A DNA stretch of 64,000 bases from Octopus vulgaris. Taxonomy: Eukaryota. Shown piece by piece: positions 12,119-64,000 of this stretch. The translations under genes and the position numbers were made by a program. The DNA is taken from contig OX597822.1 of the NCBI GenBank assembly GCA_951406725.2, forward strand, positions 89,900,001 through 89,964,000. Reading direction: 5' to 3'. Numbering within the stretch: the stretch's first letter is position 1; the number at the start of each line of letters is the position of its first letter. The notes below the pieces were generated by a model, which worked only from the letters and a program-made list of their open reading frames with translations, did not search any database and was not told the origin of the DNA.

Positions 12119-13838
12119 CATCATCATCATACGTCCGCTTTCCATGCTAGCATGGGTTGGACGATTTTGATTGAGGGCTGGCGAACCAGATGGCTGCACC
12201 AGGCTCTATCTGGCAGAGTTTCTACAGCTGGATGCCCTTCCTCACGCCAACTACTCCGAGAGTGTAGTGAGTGCTTTTTACGTGCCACCGACACAGGGGC
12301 CACTCAGGTGGTACTGGCAACGACCTTGCTTGAATCTTTTTACACATGCCACCGGCACAGGTGCCAGTAAGGCGACATTGGTAACGATCACGCTTGAATG
12401 GTGTCCTTTTACGTGCCACCGGCACAGAAGCCAGATGGCTGCTCTGGCAACGATCATGCTTGGATGGTGCTCTTGGCACCCTACTAGCACAGGCACAAGT
12501 GCCAGTAAGGTGACGCTGGTAACGATCACACTCGAGTGGTGCTTTTTATGTGCCTCTTGCACGGAAACCGGTTAGCCACTCTGTCAACAATCATACTCGT
12601 ATGGTGCTCTTTGCACCCCACTAGCATGGATGTCTGTCATCGAATTTGATTTTGATTTCACTTGCCTCAACAGGTCTTCGCAAGCAGAGTTTAGTGTCCA
12701 AAGAAGGAAAAGGTGCGCATAAGTGGGCTGGTTACGCTTCTGGCATAGGCCACATTTGGCTTGCCGGGTCTTCTCAAGCACAGCATATTTCCAAAAGTCT
12801 CGGTCACTAATCATCTCCATGGTGAGGCCTAATGTTCGAAGGTCGTGCTTCACCACTTCATCCTGGGACGTGCTTCACCACGTCTTCCTGGGTCTACCTC
12901 TTCCACAGGTTCCCTCAACCGCTTGGGTGTGGCACTTTTTCACACAGCTGTCCTCATTCATTCGCAACACATGACCATACCTGTGCAGTTGTCTCTCTTG
13001 CACACAACATCTGACACTTCTTAAATCCAACTTTTCTCTCAAGGTACTTACACTCTGTCGAGTATGCATACTGGCTTCATTCCTTGCGAGCTTATGCATG
13101 TCCTCAGCAGTCACAGCCCATGTTTCACTGCCATGTAACATGGCTGTTCGTACACAAGTGTCATACTATCTACCTTTTACTCTGAGTGAGAGGCCCTTTG
13201 TCACCAGCAGAGGTAAGAGCTCTCTGAACTTTGCCCAAGCTATTCTTATTCTAACAGCTACACTTTCAGCACACCCTCCTCTGCTACTGACTTGGTCACA
13301 TAGATTACGGAAGCTATCAAGTACTAGTAGTTTTTCTCCCTGGAATGTGGCAGAAGCTGTTCTCTGCGCATTTTCAGTGTTTATTGCTCCAGAGCATCTG
13401 CCACATACAAAAACTATCTTTCTAGTTAGCCTCCCTTTGATATTGCTGCACCCCTTATGTGTCCATAGTTTACACTGGGCACATCTTATGGAATTTCTAC
13501 CTATGCCTTTTCTACAGATCAAACATCTACCTGAAGGGATTTGTGATTGTCTGCCTTCCTACTTATTAGGACTTTGGTTTTAGCTTGGTTGACTCTAAGG
13601 CCGTTCGATTCCAATCCTTGCTTCCACACTTGAAACTTCTCCTCTAGCTCTGATTTAGAGCAAGATCATCAGCATGGAGGAGGTCCCAGGGGCATCCTGT
13701 CTTGAATTCCTCTGTTATTGCCTGGAGGACTATGATGAAGAAGAGAGGGCTGAGGACTGAACCTTGGTGAACCCCTACTTGGAATTCTTCACTCTACACG
13801 TTGCCAACCCTTGCCTTACTGACAGCATCCCTGTACAT
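12118..13838 (-). mobile_element. RTE-type LINE 3' half, same family
   Basis: GVHQGSVLSP, LLHADDLAL, Cys-rich insert ICRKGIGRNSIRCAQCKLWTHKGC, LHGSETWAV. Confidence 0.9.
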
Positions 13839-14656
13839 AAAGAAGTTGCATGTCTCGGTTCTCTGGTTTTTTTCTTGTTGTTCGAGAAAAAGTTTGTTTT
13901 CTATGTTTTCTTCTCTCATTGCGACCACGTTTCTTTGATGTCCTGTGCCCATATATGCATGTATTTATACATATATATGTAGGTATGTACATATATGTAT
14001 GTATATATGCATATATTTATATATTATTTATTATATGATTGAACGCCATGCATCTTTTCCAAGTAAGTTTTACCTTAAATATCATGATGCGCACTTTTCT
14101 CCTATCTCTTTTCTGTCTATCTCCCTCTCTTGTTCTTCTTCATTTCTGGTTTTCTCTCCCACCCTTTCCCTAGTCTTCTCCTATCCCCTTCACTGTTCCC
14201 TCTCTCTCTCACTCTTCCTCCTTGACTCTCTTGTCACTGACATCTGACGAAAGATGATCTATTTTCTTTCTTTCACTTCCTTTGTAATGTCAAGGCATGC
14301 TTTTACCTGGCTCTTCTCATATCTCGTCTTTCCAGCATTCATAAATTTTCACATCATCTTGGCATAACAGCCCTCACCGTTTGTTCGATGCTTTAAAGAT
14401 TCTGCTCATCCATTTATGTAGTTCACAGTATCTTTACTAAAAGGAAAATAATTATGCATTGTATTTCTATTTTTGTTAAGGGCATTAACAACGAAACTTA
14501 TTTTAGTGTTTGTAATTGAAAACTGGTTGTGAAGTTGACTCACCAACCTCTGTTGAATTTCATATAAATTCCTCATATTTAATGATGTCTTTATAGTTAT
14601 AATTGAAGCTTTGTTTTTTTTTTTTCTTTTTTTCCTTCAGTTATAAATACAGCAGG

Positions 14657-58401
<43,745 letters not shown>

Positions 58402-60070
58402 TAACAATGTTACCATAGAACACAACTCCTGTTAGTATGACTACAACCAGCTGCCAACATTAAAAGTTTCTGTGACTTAACCTTGTTGTTCATTTGGGAA
58501 CAGGGTCTCTTTAACTAAGGTTGTCTTTCATGGTGAAGCAAGATTTACCAAACATAAGCCTTGCTCTTCTAACAATATATATATATATATATTGTATTCC
58601 TAGTTTATCAAGTGACTTGAAGATTTGGGAATGCAGTGTGATAAAAAGGAGAAAAAAGGGATAGATCTGCAATAAAAACAAAGAAAATAATTTCTCATTT
58701 AATTTGTAGTCTTTCCTATTTGTTTCTTGTGTCTCTTGTTACTTTCTGTGGCTATGAAGCTTATTTTGTCTACATGTAACCCAAATCCTTATAAAGTTTG
58801 TTCAAAAATTGTCTTAATGTATATCCTCTCTCTCTCCTCTCTCTCTCCTCTCTCTTCCCCCTCTCTCTCTCTCTCTCTCATATATTCAATAATACTTAGC
58901 AGAAAATCGTTCAAGAATAGCACAATAACAAAAAAAAGGTCCTACGATTTTGGCCATTTAATATTATGTTTATCTTTGAATAAATAAAAGGAATTGTGAG
59001 CATATTTAAAATATAAATACTTTTAAGGAATGAAAAAGACAAAATTTCAGTTAGACACAGCTCTATATTTGTCTAAAATATATTTCCATTGAACAAACTT
59101 TTGTAAGATATCTCTGTCTATTTAAAAATTTTCTTTTGATCTGGCAACCGATAAGAAGCTACTGTTTTATTTTCTTTGTAAATTTAACTTTTAACATTAA
59201 TAACAATGAGGATTACTCAATGTTTTGAAATGAAGTTTTTGCTACATTTTAAGTAGTATGAATTTACTAATTAGGAAATGGAGGTTCTCTTTAATTAAAG
59301 TTGTCTCTCACGGTGAAGCAAGATTTACCAAACAACATAAATCTAACTCTCCAGACTCAAAGATTTCAGAATATACTGTGATAAAAAGGTATAAAACAAG
59401 AAAATTATTCCTTATTTAACATAATGTCTTTCCTATTTGATTTTTGTATCTCTTGTTACTTTCTATACCAATCAAACTTAATTTGACTACATGTAATATA
59501 ATCCTTTTTAAAGATTGTTCCAAAACGTTGGCTTCTTGTTTTTTATAGATTTCAAACTGAGTTGTTGTTGTTGGTATATAGCTTCCATGTTTGGATTGGT
59601 GCTTCTTTAATACTTCATACTGAACAAAATCCAAATGTGCCAATTAACTCAAGCCGCAACCTTAATCTCACTATCAAAATATTTCTTTATTAGTTTTATC
59701 AGTATTATTCAGCTTAATGCTAGGATAACCTGGAGCTAAGTACGTTTTTTTTAATTCCTGTGGTTAATGACAGCATTTATTCTTATACCATTTTGTATAT
59801 TATTTCCCAGCTATTTCCTCCTATGTCCTTTGTTGTTACTATTATGCAATTCATGATTTTTCATGGTTATAAACTGGTTTTAATTTGCATTTATATAATT
59901 CCTTTCTTTAGAAATTTGAAGCGCTGGTTAATATATTTTATCCTTTAAGGTAGCTTGAAGATCTAATAATTGTGTGTTCATTTTATTTTTCATATAAACT
60001 GTGTATTTATTCTGCTAAGTTGGGATGGATGTCAATAAAGTTCACAAAGTCGAGTTAGTTTTTGTGCCGT
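58402..60070 (+). other. Probable CUL2 3'UTR with candidate poly(A) signals (AATAAA at 58671, ~58980, 60034); true end unknown
   Basis: TE-poor AT-rich sequence after the stop; AATAAA at 60034 is followed by a GU-rich tract. Confidence 0.45.
58505..59525 (+). repeat. Old direct duplication in the 3'UTR region (58505-58808 vs 59283-59525)
   Basis: Colinear blocks including an identical ggtgaagcaagatttaccaaaca. Confidence 0.85.
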
Positions 60071-60587
60071 GAGATGTGAATTCTAATGTTTTTTGGTAGA
60101 TCCTTTCAACAGAGAAGAAATATTGACAAGTGTGTTGGGTGGCTTGTTTTTCTTTTATGTGACTCTCACAAGTTTTGATTGCCCGAATAAAATTCCTGTA
60201 GAATATTATACTCATAGAATCTCAATGATTTTATGAAAAGTGTAACAGTTTTCTAGCAAAAAAGAGCATTTGTTAATGAAATTGGATGTTTGGTACAAAT
60301 GTACTCTGGTAAGTATAGCTGTTCATAGAATGGTAACAAAAGAATAAAGCTTAAACCCATTAGTAGGCTATCTATGATTGGAAAATATCATTTAAAGGCT
60401 GTAAACATTCAAATTGTGTTATTTTACTATTGGGCTTTCTGAAAACTTCTTTTTTGCTATAAATGTTCTTGCTACACTGGTAATGTAGTTGATTAGCTGG
60501 TTACATCAACAGACTTTGATCTGCCACTCTTAAGAAGCTACCTTCACTTCATTTCAATAAGTTAAATTTTATTGTATCACAACTCAT

Positions 60588-60619
<32 letters not shown>

Positions 60620-62094
60620 ACTCCCTCTCTCTCTCAGACTAAATGCCTTGCATTTACTTAATCTCTGAACAAAAGTAACAGTGATATACTGGAGATGATT
60701 AAATGAAATTTTTGGCCTTCTGTCTGATAAAAAAAAAAATTAATATGTAAAATGTTAAATCACTACTGTTACTTCCCTTCCTTATAAAAATTGGAAAAGC
60801 TCTCGGTCTCTCAATGTTAATGTTTGACTTGGAGTTAGATCTGGGCTATTAAGAAGATAATCATTTATTCAATTTTCAATGAAGATTAAATGTGTGTACT
60901 GAAACATTGTCATGAAAATAAACAAAACAAGGAACATTTTTCAACAATTTCTTAAATTTTCTTATTACTTAAATAATTGTGATCTCTTGTGTCATGAAAT
61001 ACCTTGTGGTCAAGTGAAATGTGTTGGGAGATGAGTTTACCGTGGAACAGACTTGCATAACAGCTTTTTGATACACCTCCTAATCAGAAATATACCTAAT
61101 GATAAAATTGGCTTAGATGGAGATTAAGGATTAACAACTGGAGTGGCTTCTAAGCAAACTTGAATTACTGAGTTCAAGAGACTTATGAAACATTAATTAT
61201 TACTTGTTTAAATTCTTGAAATGAATTATTACTAGTTTAGCACAAAAAAGCTACCATTATAAAGAATGAGTTTAAGTATTTTGAAATTGGTTTTATGGTT
61301 TATTACTTAGCGCTCAAGAACTTTAAAATCAGCAGTAGATATAAAAGCTCTCAGTTTAACCCCATTGAAACGATATGCATATTTTTAGGCATAGAGCTAT
61401 TAAAAATGATCAAAGAAAGGATCAATAAAATTAACAATATAAAGTTAACTGTCTGGAAACTCCAGCAGAGGCATAACTGCTGCTCCTTACAGAAATGAAC
61501 TTTTTAATCAATCTACTTAAAGCTAAATGGACTATGTCAATGAGAGTTAATTGGGCAATGGATTTTATACGGTGCCAAAGATGAAATAAGAATCAAGCTT
61601 TCATTTGTTTGTCTGATACTCCATCAATCCACCCAGCTGTGACTCAACATTTTCTTTCTGTTCACATTCACCATCCAATAGGAGCTCTCTACATAGTATT
61701 TGATTTTAACGGTACTAAAATCTTTTTTCCAAAATATTAATTCCATTTACTAGTTGATGTGAGGGAATGATTGAAACTTTAAGTTTAAGGTTTTTGACTT
61801 CTGATAATTATTTTAATGAGTTTTTTTTTAGCTGTATTTTAATTTAGTATCTCTGAGTGCTCAAATACTTTTCTATAATTGCAAAGAAAAGTCAGAATAA
61901 CCACTGCTTGCTCCCTCTCTTTCAAGAATAGCTTCAATTTCTGTCTTTGTTAGCAATATGCTCCTTCCACACCTTTTTATTTTCTTATTCAATTGAAAGC
62001 AACGGTGAAAAGCTAGTCATCTTATCTCCATTTTAAAGAAACAGCTCAATCATTACTGAGTTTCATAAAATTAGTGACATCCTGAATGAACATT

Positions 62095-62260
62095 ACTTCA
62101 CATTTAATGTTTGCTTTCCCAGCTAGCATGGATTGGATGGTTTGATGGGATCTGACTGAGTTCCAATGTTATCTTTTACTTGGTTTCTACAGGATGCATT
62201 TTCTAACACCAACCACTTAAGGTGTACTGGGTGTTACAAAAGTGTATTGGCACTCGTGAT
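62095..62260 (-). mobile_element. Old RTE-type LINE 3'UTR copy
   Basis: catttaatgtttgctttcc..gctagcatggattggatggttt. Confidence 0.65.
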
Positions 62261-63452
62261 GTTGCTGTGTAACTTAAAAGAGAGAAAAATGTAAAGGAAA
62301 ATGTTCCCACTACTAAGAGGGGAGTTTTTGAAAAGGGTAGGTGGAGGTGAATGGCTTTGTCATGTTGATAGACAGAGACAAGCACAGGTGTCTTGTTATA
62401 GAGGAAATGCTTAGCTGAAGGCGATAAAAGTAAGGTGGTGATGGGGTGCTAGAGCAAACTCTCAAGGTACAAAAAGGGGACATAAGAGAGGATATGGACA
62501 GTGCGTCGTGAGAGGAAGTGAAAGAGCAGATGCTTTCATAAGGGGAGAAACAAATTAAGAAGTGGATGAATGGTTATAGGGTTTAAAGAGTTAATTAGTT
62601 GGAATATTTTATAAATGACAAATTTACTGACTTTAAAGCATCTAGTGAGTCCTATTTGGAAAAGGGTGGGTCCTGCCATGATAAACTAGGGTGAAGTTGT
62701 TGTTGAAGAGAAATACCAGCATAGAGAGGGGGTAGGGGGGAAATAAAGATAGGAATGGTTCAGGAAGGAGAATAGATCAGAAAGTAGTGGAATGATGTAC
62801 AAGATGTAGGAGTGGTGAACAAGGAGCTGAGAGGACATTGAGAATCGCAGCAGATAAGAAAGAAGAATTAAGAATGGAGTATAGAGGAGGGGAGAAAGCA
62901 TTGGCTGAAAGGAGAATATTGGTAGATACAGTGTGGGCAGGGATGATAATGAGAAATGGAAGTGGTTCCATGGAGAGAGGGAGGTGAATGGAAGAGAGAG
63001 AATGTAACATGTGCCAATTCTACTCTTAGGTGGTTACTGCAGCTGAATAGTACCATAGATGGGGGTGGGGTGATAATTGTTAGGGGATGAAAATTGGGGG
63101 AAATGCTTGATATGTTAGAGAGAGAAGAGGGTCATAGCCCTGGATATACAAGCATAATAGTGGTTATAAGACATCATTTTTGCTGTGATGGACAGGTCTC
63201 TTGAGTACAGTAAATCCATATACATATATATATATACTCATATATATAATGAATTAAAAGGGATCAAGTATTCAGGTGGGTACTGTTATGAGCACTCGGT
63301 TATTATCCAGATTATGGCTACCCACATCGAACTGTAAGGAGCACCTAGAATTACTTAAGTCAAGCAATTCCAATATATTTCATCCAATGGGTAAATCTTG
63401 GATTTGCTTCACTAGATTATAAATATTTTACCAGGTGTATATCCAAAGCACT

Positions 63453-64000
63453 TATCAAGTCATTAAAAATGAAGCGTCCGGTTTTGAACTGAAAGTTAAT
63501 TTTACTTTATCTCAACAAAAAGCAATGCAGTTAATCAAGGTATGCGCCTAAATTATCAACAGAATTTTGCCATTTTATTGGTTGTATATTTATGCTGGCA
63601 GTGAAGAATTCTGGAGAGCAAGAGGTGATGAAATCATGAAAGGCTGTTTTTTGCATTTTCTTCAGATTTGAATTTTTTTCCTTGCAAAAAGTTGTCTAAT
63701 GCCTGGAAAACGTGATAGTTGATGCAAAGTCTGGTAGATATAGTGGATGACATGGTACTTCCAAGTTTACTTCCTGTAACTTGAGAAGTGTTCTTTCTGC
63801 AACATGTGGTTGAGCAGTGTCTTGCAAGAGAATTGGCCTGTCTCTATTGACCAATCTCAGTTGTTTAATTCCAAGTTCACTCATCATTTCATCCAGTTGG
63901 TTAATGTATCCATCCACTGTAATTGACTTACCAGGTCTCATGAAGCTGTAGTAGATGACACTAGCGCTGGACCACCAAACACACCATTAGCCTTTTTTGG
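63453..64000 (-). mobile_element. Mariner remnant, runs off the window end
   Basis: RPILLQDTAQPHVA..LEVPCHPLYLPDFAST (QDNA and HPPYSPDL equivalents). Confidence 0.85.

Overview
AT-rich eukaryotic (metazoan) genomic DNA. The repeat landscape looks like an octopus/coleoid cephalopod; that is my recognition, not a database result. The window holds one complete protein-coding gene on the + strand, Cullin-2 (CUL2). I reconstructed it by hand as 20 coding exons from ATG 14657 to TGA 58401 (2214 nt, 737 aa), with all phases consistent. Its first coding intron (14776-19816) is a minor-spliceosome U12-type AT-AC intron. A strong, frame-compatible U2 donor lies 55 nt inside it, and the intron contains a ~360-bp near-perfect inverted repeat. 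The rest is decayed transposable elements: RTE LINEs (including a GC-rich AviRTE-like copy), a Hero-like RLE LINE, CR1/Jockey-like LINEs, Penelope remnants (one with a hammerhead-like core), Gypsy LTR remnants, Helitrons, four mariners, MITEs, SINEs and microsatellites. I found no convincing new multi-gene system. The best leads are RNA-processing features of CUL2: the U12/U2 competing splice sites, and reverse-complementary LINE tails bracketing an in-frame block of exons 13-18 (circRNA/dsRNA candidate). TE boundaries are approximate and family names come from motif recognition.
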